DNA from: Nibricoccus sp.
GTDB taxonomy: Bacteria > Verrucomicrobiota > Verrucomicrobiia > Opitutales > Opitutaceae
Length of the DNA stretch: 64,000 nt
Reading direction: 5' to 3'
Assembly (NCBI GenBank): GCA_047602425.1
Contig: JASGHG010000001.1
Location: 4,000,001-4,064,000 of the forward strand
The first letter of the stretch is position 1. The number at the start of each line of letters is the position of its first letter. Under the pieces are notes generated by a model that worked only from the letters and a program-made list of their open reading frames with translations, searched no databases and was not told where the DNA came from. The translations under genes and the position numbers were made by a program. Positions 25,261-35,521 of the stretch are shown piece by piece.

Positions 25261-27969
25261 TCAGCCGAGGACGGCTTTGATGGCGCGGGCGAGGTCGCCG
25301 AGGCGGAACGGCTTGGGCAGGTAGCCGACGAAGCCCATTTCTATGTACTGGCGGGCCATTTCCTCGGAATCGTAGCCACTGCAAACGATGGCGCGCACAT
25401 CTTTGTCGATTTCACGTAGTTGGCGGAAGGCTTCCTCGCCGCCCATGCCGCCGATGACGGTGAGGTCGAGAATGACGAGGTCGTACGGGCGGCCAACATT
25501 GATGTAGCGCTTGTAAAGGGTAATGGCCTCCTCGCCATTGCGGGCGGTATCGTACTTGTAGTCGAGGCTGGCGAGCATGCCGGCGGCGAGCCGGGAAATA
25601 TCCGGATCGTCATCCATAAGGAGGACGCGACCGGTGCCGGTACGAAGGATTGGCGTGCGACGGGTTTCTATCTCCGCCGGCTGGTTGGCCTGCGGAAGGA
25701 GGATGCGGAAAGTGGTGCCTTCGCCGACGGTGGACACGACGGATATCTGGCCTCCGTGCTTGCGAATGAGATTGCGGACGGTGGAAAGGCCGAGTCCGGT
25801 GCCCTGGGTTTTGGTGGTAAAGAAAGGTTCGAAAATTTTCTCGATGTTTTCGTAGGGGATGCCAACGCCATTGTCGCGGATTTCAAAAGCCACGTAATTG
25901 CCGGCGGGAAGCGGAGGCATGGCGCCGTCGGTGAGACGGACGTTGTCGGCTGCGAGCGTGATATGACCGCCTTGCGGGGGAAGAGCCTGGAGGGCGTTGA
26001 TGATGAGGTTTTGGAAGACCTGCATCATTTGGGCGCGATTGACGCGGACGGGCGAAACGGTTTCGGCGGCATTGACCGTGATTTCGGCCGAGGCGCCGGC
26101 ACGGGCAAGGCGAACGGATTCCTCAAGAAGCTCGAGCGGCGAGAGCACTTGCGAAGTCGCAGGTGTGCCACCTTTGGCGGCAGCGAGAAGTTGTTTAGTG
26201 AGGGATTTGGCGGCGAGGCAGGCGCGTTCGCTATCGGCGAGGTAGGAGCGGTCGTTGTTGTCCTTCGCGTGGGAAATGCCTCCGAGGATGGTGGCGAGGA
26301 GATTGTTGAAATCGTGAGCGATGCCGCCGGCGACGACGCCGAGGGATTCCCAGCGGTTGATCTTGATCAGTTCCTCGGGGGAAAGCGTCATTTCCTCGGG
26401 GTTACGGAAGACAACGACCATGCCTTCGATGCGTTTGTTGGGCCCGAGAACCTGGCTGGCGCTCCAAACGATGGGGCGGGTTTTGCCGTCTGCGGTCAGA
26501 AGTTGATGGTCGGCGCAAAGCGGCGTGTGGTCGCTGTTGGCGAAGGCCGACACGAGAGCTTCCTCGTCGGCCAAGCCGGTGACACGGCCGGCCAACCGGA
26601 AAACATCGCCAAGAAGCACGCCTTGGGTTTTTTCGAGCGTGCAGGCGGTGAGACGTTCGGCTTGGGGATTGAGATAGACGATGCGCCCGGCCTGGTCGGT
26701 GACGATGATGGCCTCGACGAGGCTGGCCAGGGTGGCGGGAATGAGCGCAGGCGGAAGCGGGAGACTGGAAATGGTCGCGAGGCTGGAACTGAGCTCGGGT
26801 GGAAGCGCACAGCAAAAGCCCACGACCCGGGCGAGGCCGCCTTTGCGATTCAACTGGCGGTGGGCGCCGACGAGGACGGGAAGCGGATTTTCCTGCGCAT
26901 CGCGGAGGGCGACGCTCTGAACAAAAGATTCGCGGCCCGGTGCGGGTGCGAGGAAGAAAGCTTCAGCTCCGCGGAGCGCGACATTTTGCGGAAGCGCGTC
27001 GAGAAACGCATCAAGTTCGCTGGCGGCAGCGTCGTGCGCGCCAATCAATTTTGCCCAACTCGGAGAAAGCCAGAATTTGCCATGAGCGAAATCGAAGTCG
27101 AACGTGACGAGACCGCCTTCGCCGGTGAGTTTTTGAAGACGCTCGTCGTTAAGGGCGCTTTGTTCGTCGAATTCCTTGCGCTCATTGATATCGAGTTGGA
27201 GACCGGTGACCCGCTCGAGTTCGCCATCGGGACCGATGACTTGAGTGCCCAGGCACTGCATCCATACGTAGTGGCCTTCGTGGTGCAGCATGCGGATCTC
27301 GATGGAAAAAGACCGTGCGCCGGGTTTCTGTTTGCGCGGTGCGGAGTCGGGTGCGGCGGCCGAATCGTCGGGATGGATCAGGCGCTGCCAGCTGTCGTAG
27401 GTATTGGAAAGTTCTTTGTCGGTATAGCCTAGTTGCCGTTTCCAGGCGGGCGAGTAATACATGAGGCCGGCCTTGAAATTCAGGTCGAAGAATCCGACGG
27501 TGCCTTCGTCGGCCAGCAACGCCAGGCCGGAATCGACGAGGAGGGGCGGAGTGGAATCGCGGTGGCGAATGGGATCCTCAATAAACGCGAAATAGCCGCC
27601 ATCGATCCCCTGAGTTTCCTCAATGCGCACGGCGACTTCGGCGGTGGTATTTGCCGGCAGGCGGGTGATGCAGGTGATGCTGCGGTTAAGGGCATTGGTG
27701 ATGAGCAGTGTCCATTGCGCCTCGGTTCCCGCCGTGGCAACAGAAGTGCCGTCGAAAATAAAAAGTTGGGCGAAAGGAGTGTCTCGGAACTGTTCGATCG
27801 TGGTCTTCCAATAGCGCAGCGCAGTGGTGTTGGCCGCGATGATCTTGCCGTGCATGTCGAGCGTGATCAGCGCGGGGCTGAGCAGGGAGTCAGTTCCTTG
27901 GAAGGGTGACACGGAAATGGAAGCGGGGTTGATCACGTTTATCGGGTGCGCACCGACCAATTGCAACAT
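25261..27969 (-). CDS. Cytoplasmic multi-PAS hybrid histidine kinase with receiver
   Basis: Several PAS domains (YYSPAWKRQLGY...IHPDD), VAGGIAHDFNNLL, GTGLGL, REC (LMDDD, DLTVIGGMGG, KPF). Start uncertain. Confidence 0.9.
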   Translation of the reverse strand: MLQLVGAHPINVINPASISVSPFQGTDSLLSPALITLDMHGKIIAANTTALRYWKTTIEQFRDTPFAQLFIFDGTSVATAGTEAQWTLLITNALNRSITCITRLPANTTAEVAVRIEETQGIDGGYFAFIEDPIRHRDSTPPLLVDSGLALLADEGTVGFFDLNFKAGLMYYSPAWKRQLGYTDKELSNTYDSWQRLIHPDDSAAAPDSAPRKQKPGARSFSIEIRMLHHEGHYVWMQCLGTQVIGPDGELERVTGLQLDINERKEFDEQSALNDERLQKLTGEGGLVTFDFDFAHGKFWLSPSWAKLIGAHDAAASELDAFLDALPQNVALRGAEAFFLAPAPGRESFVQSVALRDAQENPLPVLVGAHRQLNRKGGLARVVGFCCALPPELSSSLATISSLPLPPALIPATLASLVEAIIVTDQAGRIVYLNPQAERLTACTLEKTQGVLLGDVFRLAGRVTGLADEEALVSAFANSDHTPLCADHQLLTADGKTRPIVWSASQVLGPNKRIEGMVVVFRNPEEMTLSPEELIKINRWESLGVVAGGIAHDFNNLLATILGGISHAKDNNDRSYLADSERACLAAKSLTKQLLAAAKGGTPATSQVLSPLELLEESVRLARAGASAEITVNAAETVSPVRVNRAQMMQVFQNLIINALQALPPQGGHITLAADNVRLTDGAMPPLPAGNYVAFEIRDNGVGIPYENIEKIFEPFFTTKTQGTGLGLSTVRNLIRKHGGQISVVSTVGEGTTFRILLPQANQPAEIETRRTPILRTGTGRVLLMDDDPDISRLAAGMLASLDYKYDTARNGEEAITLYKRYINVGRPYDLVILDLTVIGGMGGEEAFRQLREIDKDVRAIVCSGYDSEEMARQYIEMGFVGYLPKPFRLGDLARAIKAVLG

Positions 27970-28141
27970 TCGGTATGGGGTCGCGGTCGTGGGATCGGAA
28001 AGGAGGCCGGACTTATCGGCGTTTGCGCCGCGAACGGTGCAAGGCTGGTGGACACGCTGGAGCTTGAGACATCGGCTGGAGCCGCTGGTTCTTGTGTGGT
28101 ATGAGATCTTTTCTGAGATGAGAAATTCACGAAAGTGTCGG

Positions 28142-29167
28142 TCAAGTTCCGGCCCACTCCCTCACGCGTTTTTCGAGGAAGGCAATGTAGGCCGGGTGGT
28201 CATTTAAGCAAGGTATTTGCTTAAAGGTAGAACCCCCAGATTCGAGGAAGGTCTTTTTTCCTTCGACCGAGATTTCCTCGAGCGTTTCCAGGCAGTCGGC
28301 CACGAACGCGGGGGTCATGACGAGAAGGCGCTTCGCTCCGGTGGCGGGCAGACGCTCAAGTTCGTGGTCGGTATAGGGTGTTAACCATGGTTCGCCGGCG
28401 AGCCGGGATTGGAACGACACCGAATGCCGGTCCGGAGTAAGGCCGGCGCGCTGCGCAAAAGCCTTGGTGGTGCGGAAGCATTGGGCGCGGTAACAGGTGC
28501 TTTGCACGGGCGAACAGACGTCGCAGCAATCCTTCACAATCGTGCAATGCGCTTTCGAGGAATCGGCTTTGCGCAAATGGCGCTGAGGAATGCCGTGATA
28601 ACTGAACAACACGTAATCGTGCGGTTCTTCGAGGTAGGGCTTGGCGGACGTGTAGAGTGCCTCGATGTAGTCGGCGTCTTCATAGAAAGGTTGGACCGTG
28701 GTGATGCGCAGCGAAGGCGTTTGCGCCGCGGCTTCCGCATAGACTTTGGCCGTGACGGTTTCCCATGAGGACATCGCGTAGTGCGGATATTGGGGAATGA
28801 GCAGCACCTCCTGGACGCCATCGGCCAGGATTTTGGCGATGACCGATTTGATCGAGGGCTGGCCGTAACGCATCGCCAGATACACGGGAACTTCGGCGCC
28901 GAGTTGGGCGGAGAGTTTTTCCTGAACCGAACGCGACGTTACCAACAAAGGCGATCCGTCCTTGGTCCAAACCGATTCGTAGGCGTGCGCCGATTTTTTA
29001 GGGCGTGTGCGAAGGATGATGCCCTCAAGCAACAACCAACGCAACGGCGCCGCGAGGTCGATGACACGTTCGTCGCCGAGAAACTCGCGCAAATATTTTC
29101 TCACATCGGGAACAGAGGTGGAATCGGGCGAACCTAAGTTGACGAGCAGAACAGCGCGTTTGGACAT
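28142..29167 (-). CDS. hemH: Ferrochelatase
   Basis: LLVNLGSP, YLREFLGDERVI, AMRYGQP, FSYHGIP, FQSR, WLTP, FVADCLETLEEI, IPCLND. Confidence 0.97.
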   Translation of the reverse strand: MSKRAVLLVNLGSPDSTSVPDVRKYLREFLGDERVIDLAAPLRWLLLEGIILRTRPKKSAHAYESVWTKDGSPLLVTSRSVQEKLSAQLGAEVPVYLAMRYGQPSIKSVIAKILADGVQEVLLIPQYPHYAMSSWETVTAKVYAEAAAQTPSLRITTVQPFYEDADYIEALYTSAKPYLEEPHDYVLFSYHGIPQRHLRKADSSKAHCTIVKDCCDVCSPVQSTCYRAQCFRTTKAFAQRAGLTPDRHSVSFQSRLAGEPWLTPYTDHELERLPATGAKRLLVMTPAFVADCLETLEEISVEGKKTFLESGGSTFKQIPCLNDHPAYIAFLEKRVREWAGT

Positions 29168-29353
29168 GTCACAAGAGGTCAATGTCCGTGCGAGATTGTC
29201 AAACGCCAGCGCAGCAAAAGTGCCGCACAGTTCGATTTTCCCGGAAGGTTCGGCTTTTGCCGGAGGAGAAACGGCCAGCGGCCAACGCTGCGACAGCGCT
29301 TTGCCGACCGATCAGGTGCCAAACCAAACGCCCGCGGCGCGGATTTCGCTTGG

Positions 29354-30712
29354 CTAAACCTGATACTGTTTGAGCGGCACGGGATCGAGGATTTTGGCTT
29401 TGGGGAGTTGTTTGGCCAATTCGTCGGCGAACCAGGCACGCGCTTCAGGATCGCCGTGGGTGAGCACGACGCTGCGGGGCGTGGCCTGCACGGCGAATTC
29501 GAGCAATTCCTCGCGGTCGGCATGGCCGCTGAGCTCGAACTTTTCGACGTGGGCCTTGATCTTGGTTTTCACGTTGGCGGCGGCAAAGAGGAAGGTGTCA
29601 CCGGGTTTGGCGGCGAGCAGTGCGCCGCCGGGCGTGTCCGGATCGCAATAGCCGACGAAGCCAATGGTGTTATGCGCGCTGCTCACCAGGCCGGAAGCGA
29701 GCGTGTAGGACGGCGTGCGTTCCACCAGCATGCCGGAGCTGATGATATAAAGCGCGTTTTGTTTTGGATCTTCGCCCGGGTTAAGTTTGCGCGGAGTAGG
29801 CTTGAGTTTCAGATCCTTGATGATGCTGCGCGTGAAATTGGTGTGTTTCAGCTTGCGGGTGATTTCGTCGAAATAATCGGCGATATCCATGCCGAGACCG
29901 GAGGCGTAGATCGGGCATTCGACAAGTTTGCCGAATTTCCGTGCGTCGTGAATGATTGCGAGGATTTCCTGCATGCGACCGAGGGCGAACACGGGCATCA
30001 GGAAGGAACCACCGCGCTGGATGGTGGTATTGATGCTGTCGATCAGGCGGCTGACTTCGGCGAGACGGGATTTATTCGCGGGGCGTTCGGTAATGCCGCG
30101 GGTGGTCTCAGTAATGACGGTATCGAAATGTCCGGCGGGGAATTTCGCCCCGGCGAGCGTGCGTTGGTTTTCGAAAAGTACGTCGCCGGTGAAAAAGATT
30201 GCGCGGTGCTTGTAATGCAATTCCACGCCGGCGGCTCCGGCCACGTGACCGGCGTGATGGAAAATGATTTCGACCTCGTCTTTCTCGCCGCGGAATTTTT
30301 TTGCGGCGGTAAAAGGGAGCCCGGTCATCCGTGCGGCGCAACGATCGATTTCCTCATGCGTGAAAAGCGGGTACTCCGGAATGTTTTCCTCCTCCTTTTG
30401 GCGAACCATAACATTGGCGGAATTATGCAGCATGCGCTCGATTAGCATGCGGCTCGACTGGGTCATGATCACGGGTGCTTCCGGATGTTCGCGCATGACC
30501 ACGGGCAGACTGCCAATGTGGTCGAGATGACAGTGCGTAATAATGATCAGGTCCAACCGGATCCCGCGCAACGGTGTTAGGTCGGGCGTGGCAGTGCGAC
30601 CGGCTTTTTTGGGATGTAGGCCGCAGTCTATGAGGATGTTAAGTTCGCCAAGTTGGACAAAAAGCGAGTTGGCGCCGATACCACCATCTCGATTGAGATC
30701 GATAAGCTTCAT
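29354..30712 (-). CDS. MBL-fold beta-CASP nuclease (CPSF73/Ysh1-like)
   Basis: DCG, THCHLDH, AGHVAGA, FTGD, PVFALGRMQE, SSGM, LSGHAD, LTHGD. Confidence 0.9.
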   Translation of the reverse strand: MKLIDLNRDGGIGANSLFVQLGELNILIDCGLHPKKAGRTATPDLTPLRGIRLDLIIITHCHLDHIGSLPVVMREHPEAPVIMTQSSRMLIERMLHNSANVMVRQKEEENIPEYPLFTHEEIDRCAARMTGLPFTAAKKFRGEKDEVEIIFHHAGHVAGAAGVELHYKHRAIFFTGDVLFENQRTLAGAKFPAGHFDTVITETTRGITERPANKSRLAEVSRLIDSINTTIQRGGSFLMPVFALGRMQEILAIIHDARKFGKLVECPIYASGLGMDIADYFDEITRKLKHTNFTRSIIKDLKLKPTPRKLNPGEDPKQNALYIISSGMLVERTPSYTLASGLVSSAHNTIGFVGYCDPDTPGGALLAAKPGDTFLFAAANVKTKIKAHVEKFELSGHADREELLEFAVQATPRSVVLTHGDPEARAWFADELAKQLPKAKILDPVPLKQYQV

Positions 30713-30803
30713 TATTTAAAACCGGAGGAAGGCCTAGACCGCGGTTTCCGGCAAGCCGCAAGATTTTCGCGTCAAGACTCTGGGGAAAAATGCCGAGGCC
30801 GGG

Positions 30804-31196
30804 TTAGTTGGACGAACCCTGCGGAATTACCATATCGAAGGGCGGCAAGACGACGTGGATCTTGTTGCCGAATTCGTCAACGCCGTGAAAACTCCCGAGC
30901 GCGCGGGCGTCCGTGGCGGCGATATGGTAGCTGTTGTAGGAAAATTGCTCGCCCGGTGCGAGGCGCGGTGTTTCACCGACGATTTTATCGCCCTCGATAA
31001 CGAGATGGTCGCCATCGCTGTGCTGAATGACCCATTTGCGGCCAAGCAGGGTGACCACGCGATCGGAGGCATTTTCGATCGTGATGAAATAGACGAACGC
31101 GTGCGGTTTGTCTGGAGGTAGCGTCATGCCGCCGTGGTGATAAACCAATTTATCGAGCCGAGCGGTGAGACCTAGGAGTTGGGTGGAGGCGGGCAT
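30804..31196 (-). CDS. apaG: ApaG (DUF525) domain protein
   Basis: FVYFITIEN, LLGRKWVI, IEGDKIVGETPRLAPGEQFSYNS. Confidence 0.85.
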   Translation of the reverse strand: MPASTQLLGLTARLDKLVYHHGGMTLPPDKPHAFVYFITIENASDRVVTLLGRKWVIQHSDGDHLVIEGDKIVGETPRLAPGEQFSYNSYHIAATDARALGSFHGVDEFGNKIHVVLPPFDMVIPQGSSN

Positions 31197-31258
31197 GCAG
31201 CGTCGTAAAACGGACTGTTCGCGGAAAGAACTCAACCGCGCAGCCTTTGCAACCGCCG

Positions 31259-31347
31259 GAACGTTTGTCGTCTATTAAATGACAAGTTGATTGATCCAGT
31301 TGCAGAGCGAGACCACCCCGAACATTTGTCATCTATTAGATGACAAA
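31259..31347. repeat. Two directly repeated palindromes with TATTA core, 61-bp period
   Basis: GAACGT-TTGTCGTC-TATTA-AATGACAA (31259-31285) and GAACA-TTTGTCATC-TATTA-GATGACAAA (31320-31347, perfect 9-bp arms). Confidence 0.85.
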
Positions 31348-31379
31348 CGCTCGGGAAATGGAGAATAAAATTTCCAAGC

Positions 31380-31433
31380 GAGGAAGGTGAGGGAAGTGAG
31401 GAAGGCGAGGAAGGTGAGGAAGGTGAAGAAGGC
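31380..31433. repeat. 9-mer tandem repeat, about 6 x GAGGAAGGY
   Basis: GAGGAAGGT GAGGGAAGT GAGGAAGGC GAGGAAGGT GAGGAAGGT GAAGAAGGC. Confidence 0.85.
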
Positions 31434-31630
31434 AACGAAAGGCGTGAAAGTTGGCCGTTTTTGGCGGGGTGGGTGCGGTAGTGACGCGAGCGAGGTTTGG
31501 TCTGGGGTGGGGCGGTGGAGAAGAACGTAGGACTGGGGTGAGTGATTTTGGGGCCGGGGATTGTTGAGCAAGCGAAGTGGAGGACGAAAGCAGTTGCACG
31601 GCGGGCGGGGGTGGCAACGGTGGGGGCGCA

Positions 31631-32359
31631 ATGACTTGGACCGACCTCATTGGCGTATTCCTGCTTGGCCTGACCGGCACGGGGCATTGCCTGGGCATGT
31701 GCGGAGCGTTTGCGCTGGCGGTGTCGGCGGGGTCGAAGCGACCGGTGGGCATCGTTGCGCGGCAGGCGGTCTACCATTTCGGGAAAGCAACATCGTACGC
31801 CTTTATCGGCGTGGTGTTGTTGCTGGCGAGTCGTTGGGTGGCGGCGCAGGGCGCGCTGGCGCATTTTCAGAACCTGCTCGGCTGGGTCGTGGGGCTGGTG
31901 ATGATCGCAATGGGCCTTGCGTACGTATTTGAGCTGCGACTTCCATCCAAAGCCCTGGCTTGGTGGCAAGGCAGTCAGGTTTGCGGTGCGCTCGGTGGAC
32001 TTTGGTCGAAACCGTCGCTTTTGAAAAGCATGTTGATCGGTTGGGTAAACGGTTTGCTGCCGTGCGGCTTGAGCCTGATGGCGTTGCTGGCGCTCGTGAA
32101 CACCGGTTCGACGATCGGCGTGGTCACTGGTGCATATGTTTTTGGACTGGCGACGCTGCCGGGTTTGCTGGCGCTGGGATTGCTTGGACAACAAATCGAC
32201 GTTTCACGACGTCGCTGGCTTGTCCGGCTAGGCGGTGTGGCATTGGTTCTTTTCGGTACGCTCACGGTGCTCCGCGGCGTGCCGGTCGTGCACACGTGGA
32301 TGCACGAGCACTTGATGCTTGGCGGTGGCGAAAGGTGTGGGACGGAGTATTGCCGCTAA
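31631..32359 (+). CDS. DsbD_2 / sulfite exporter TauE-SafE-like membrane protein
   Basis: GHCLGMCG, YHFGK..SY, NGLLPCGL, FGLATLP; about 6 TM helices. Confidence 0.88.
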   Translation: MTWTDLIGVFLLGLTGTGHCLGMCGAFALAVSAGSKRPVGIVARQAVYHFGKATSYAFIGVVLLLASRWVAAQGALAHFQNLLGWVVGLVMIAMGLAYVFELRLPSKALAWWQGSQVCGALGGLWSKPSLLKSMLIGWVNGLLPCGLSLMALLALVNTGSTIGVVTGAYVFGLATLPGLLALGLLGQQIDVSRRRWLVRLGGVALVLFGTLTVLRGVPVVHTWMHEHLMLGGGERCGTEYCR

Positions 32360-35300
32360 TCACTGCAAATTGAGAAACACGCGCGGGCCTTTGTTTTCGG
32401 TGGTGGCGCCGGTGCTTTGTCCCAGGAAGAGGCGATCGGGCGAGATTTTGCCGACGTTGATCAAATAATCCCGCACATGCTCCGCACGCTGTACGCCGAG
32501 GGCGCGGAGATCGTTGTCGTTCACCGGCATGGTTTCGGCGAGGCGCGCAGTCATCTCTTCAACCGGCAAACCGGTCGCTGCCGCAGCGGCCACGGCTTTC
32601 TCATGTTCTTCGGCGCGGCGTTTATTTTCGCGATTGGCGGCCAATTTCTCGCGTTGGGCGCGGAAGGTGATCCAGTGATAGACGCGTTTAAAAAATCCAG
32701 CTTTTGGCGGAGGAGGCGGTGCGGCGATGGCAGGCGGCTGGGGGAGGGGTGTGCCGAACTTTGTGCCAGGAGGAAATTTGGCATCGAAGAGCTTTTTGAT
32801 CTCTGCGGCCCGCTCTTCGGGTGTGATGACGAGCTGTTCGGGGGGAGGAATGTTGGGATTGGCAGCGTGGCGCGCTTCCCAAATTTGTCGGCGCAGGTAG
32901 TCGGCGAATTTTTGCGATTTCAACGCGTAGGCATCGGCCGCGACGTCGTAGCCGCCTTCCAGGCTGACGCTCAAACCGGGGCGATTGGTTAGCGCTTTTA
33001 TAAGTGTTTCCAGTTTGGGCTGTTCGGTCGCGAGGAGTTCGCTCGTTCCGGGAGCAAATTCCTGATAGGCCAGTTCCTCGCCGCCGCCGCCAAACATCGA
33101 GCCGATGAGCGAAAACGGCGAGACCGCGGCTTTGGTGAGTAAATTCACAATGACGCGCAGCACGACTTTGCCGATGCGGAAATTTGGATCGTCGAGGCTG
33201 CCCTGCACCGGCAGATCGATGACGATTTTTCCGTCGAGATCCTTGAGCAAGGCGATGCCGAGGCGTACCGGCAGGCTGGTGGCGTCCGGACTATTGGTTG
33301 CGGCGCCGAAAGTGAACTGGTGGAGAGTGACGAGGTTCGTCGCGTCGACCTTGGTGCCGTCGAGAAGGACTTTCGTGTCGACCTGCAATTTCCCTCGGGC
33401 CAGGTTGTAGCCGGCAAATTTGCCGGTGTACGGACTGATCGGCAGGAGGTCCATGTTCTTGAAATCGATCTTGAGGTCGACGAATTTGCGGGCGCCGAGG
33501 GGATCGAGTTTGCCGGAGATGGCGATGGGGCCGGCTCCATTGACAACGCCTTTTAAATCGACGTCGCCGCGGGTGAGATTTTCAGACGACAAGCCCGAAA
33601 TGGTGCCTCCGAACTGAGTCATGGCCATTTGCACGTTTGGTTCTATGGAGTGGTCTGAGTAACTAAAATCGCCGCCGGCAATCACGACCCGTCCAATATC
33701 GACTTTCGGCAGCGCGGCTGGAGGGGCGGTCGGGGCCGTCCCTGTTGTCGGAGGAACGGCGGTTTCCGACGGTTCGCCTGGTGCCAAGGAGGGCGTTTTG
33801 GCGATGGTGGTTAGGTTGATGGTTTTATCGGCGTTGACCAACACGCGCGCGTAGGGCGCGTTGACCTTGATCTCGTCAATCGAGGCGGCGAGTTGCGGCG
33901 AAGTGGTTGCCTTCAGGTTGGTGACGGTCAGGGAGGAGAATCCGGCGAGGTCCTCATTGTGCGCACTGTCCACGAGACCGAGTTTGTCGACCATGATATT
34001 ACCGGCAAAAGCCACCGCGGGTTGGCCACCGGGCAACGTTAGGTTCACGGTATTGGTTGTGGACACGGTGCCTTGGGTGATGCGTGCGTTGGCGAACTGC
34101 TCGATATACGGACTGAGCGGCAAGATCCCGAGCCCGGTGACTTCGGTGGTTAGTTCGGCGCCCAATTCCGGCTTCAGCGTGATTTTGCCGACGACATGAA
34201 CCGTGCCTTCCGGCGCCCATGAGAAGGAGAGGTCCAGCGGCATCGCGGCCGCCTCAGTGAGCGTGATATTTTTTAGGGAGAATTGCAGGCTGTTGAGCGC
34301 CAATTTCGCGGGGCGTGGGCTGGTATCGTCCGTGACGTCGACCGCGAAATCTTTTAGCGCGAACTCACCCACGCGTACGTCGGGCAGATTGGTTGGCAGA
34401 AGCGGCGCAGCCGTCGCGGGAGGGGGCGTCGGTTCTGGCACGGGCAGAGGATTCGATGCCGGCGTGGCGGCGGACCCGGATGTGGCCGAACCGTCCGGTT
34501 GCAGCATGCTGAGAAGATTGATCGAACCATCTTTTGCGCGGCGCACGGCGAGGTGGCCCTTGGCAAGCGCTACGCGAGCGACCGCGGCTTTGAGCGTGAT
34601 CGCGTCGGCTTGAATGCCATCGACGTCGAGCGAGGTCAGTTCCACAGCGGGTTGGGCGCCGGCGCGGTCGACGACAGTCAAATCGCGTAGTCGCACCTGG
34701 CCGTCGTTGAGCTTCATCGTGCGTTCATTGCCGAGCAGGCGAGCTTCGTAATGGCCGCTGAGCGAAAGTTTGCCATCGGTAAGATCGGCGCGCACACGAT
34801 CCTCGAAGTAGGGCGTGTATTTTTTTAGGATAAGATTCGCGATTTCGAACGAGCCTTTTGATTCGATCGGGTCGGCGGCGAGCGTGCCGGTCCAGGAAAA
34901 TTTTTCGCCAGCTTCCGTCACAGCTTCGAAATGATACGGCGCTCCGCGCGCACCCGCTGTGCGAAAACCATTCAGCGTAAAGGTGAGCGGTCCGACGACT
35001 GTGGCGAAAGGCTGGCGGCGCGAGCGGTCGCTGAAATCCAAGCGAGCCTGAGTGACGGCTAGGCGACCGACGCGGACGGGCCGGGGCGGTTTTGTCGATG
35101 GGGCGGTGGAGGGCGTTTTTGGAAGCGCGACAATTTTTGCGAGCAGATCGGAGAAGTTGAACGTGTTATCCGGATTGATCGCGACGGCCGCGTGAAAACC
35201 ATCGAGTTCGACGTCACCCACAACCCAGTCGCCCGCGACGGAGGCGAGGGCGCTGACGTTCACATAAAGCCGTTTCCAGCCCACAAAAGAAGCCTGCGCA

Positions 35301-35521
35301 TCTTTTTCCCGAATATCGAAGTCTTCCAGTGTCACGGAAAGCGCGAACGGATTCATGCGCACTTTCCCAAGGTGGACGATGCGACCGAGTTCGGCGGACA
35401 GACTCTTTTCCGCCTGAGCTTTGACGATCGGTGGGAGAACAAAAAACCCGACAACGGTGTAGAGCGTTAAAAAAGCCACGAAGGCGATCAGCCAGCCGCG
35501 AAAGCGTCGTGAGAGTTTCAT
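32360..35521 (-). CDS. DUF748 domain protein (AsmA-like superfamily)
   Basis: N-terminal TM (YTVVGFFVLPPIVK), MNPFALS, repeated beta-rich units, PYTGKFAGY, LLKDLDGKIVIDLPVQGSLDDPNF, KAAVSPF. Confidence 0.88.
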   Translation of the reverse strand: MKLSRRFRGWLIAFVAFLTLYTVVGFFVLPPIVKAQAEKSLSAELGRIVHLGKVRMNPFALSVTLEDFDIREKDAQASFVGWKRLYVNVSALASVAGDWVVGDVELDGFHAAVAINPDNTFNFSDLLAKIVALPKTPSTAPSTKPPRPVRVGRLAVTQARLDFSDRSRRQPFATVVGPLTFTLNGFRTAGARGAPYHFEAVTEAGEKFSWTGTLAADPIESKGSFEIANLILKKYTPYFEDRVRADLTDGKLSLSGHYEARLLGNERTMKLNDGQVRLRDLTVVDRAGAQPAVELTSLDVDGIQADAITLKAAVARVALAKGHLAVRRAKDGSINLLSMLQPDGSATSGSAATPASNPLPVPEPTPPPATAAPLLPTNLPDVRVGEFALKDFAVDVTDDTSPRPAKLALNSLQFSLKNITLTEAAAMPLDLSFSWAPEGTVHVVGKITLKPELGAELTTEVTGLGILPLSPYIEQFANARITQGTVSTTNTVNLTLPGGQPAVAFAGNIMVDKLGLVDSAHNEDLAGFSSLTVTNLKATTSPQLAASIDEIKVNAPYARVLVNADKTINLTTIAKTPSLAPGEPSETAVPPTTGTAPTAPPAALPKVDIGRVVIAGGDFSYSDHSIEPNVQMAMTQFGGTISGLSSENLTRGDVDLKGVVNGAGPIAISGKLDPLGARKFVDLKIDFKNMDLLPISPYTGKFAGYNLARGKLQVDTKVLLDGTKVDATNLVTLHQFTFGAATNSPDATSLPVRLGIALLKDLDGKIVIDLPVQGSLDDPNFRIGKVVLRVIVNLLTKAAVSPFSLIGSMFGGGGEELAYQEFAPGTSELLATEQPKLETLIKALTNRPGLSVSLEGGYDVAADAYALKSQKFADYLRRQIWEARHAANPNIPPPEQLVITPEERAAEIKKLFDAKFPPGTKFGTPLPQPPAIAAPPPPPKAGFFKRVYHWITFRAQREKLAANRENKRRAEEHEKAVAAAAATGLPVEEMTARLAETMPVNDNDLRALGVQRAEHVRDYLINVGKISPDRLFLGQSTGATTENKGPRVFLNLQ

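Noticed and set aside
29354..31196. beta-CASP nuclease plus ApaG as a possible defence system
   Set aside because: Host-like composition, located beside hemH with no ATPase or mobile context; looks like housekeeping RNA metabolism.
31259..31347. Two palindromic repeats 61 bp apart resembling a minimal CRISPR
   Set aside because: Only two imperfect units, no third repeat and no cas genes; kept as a palindrome family instead.
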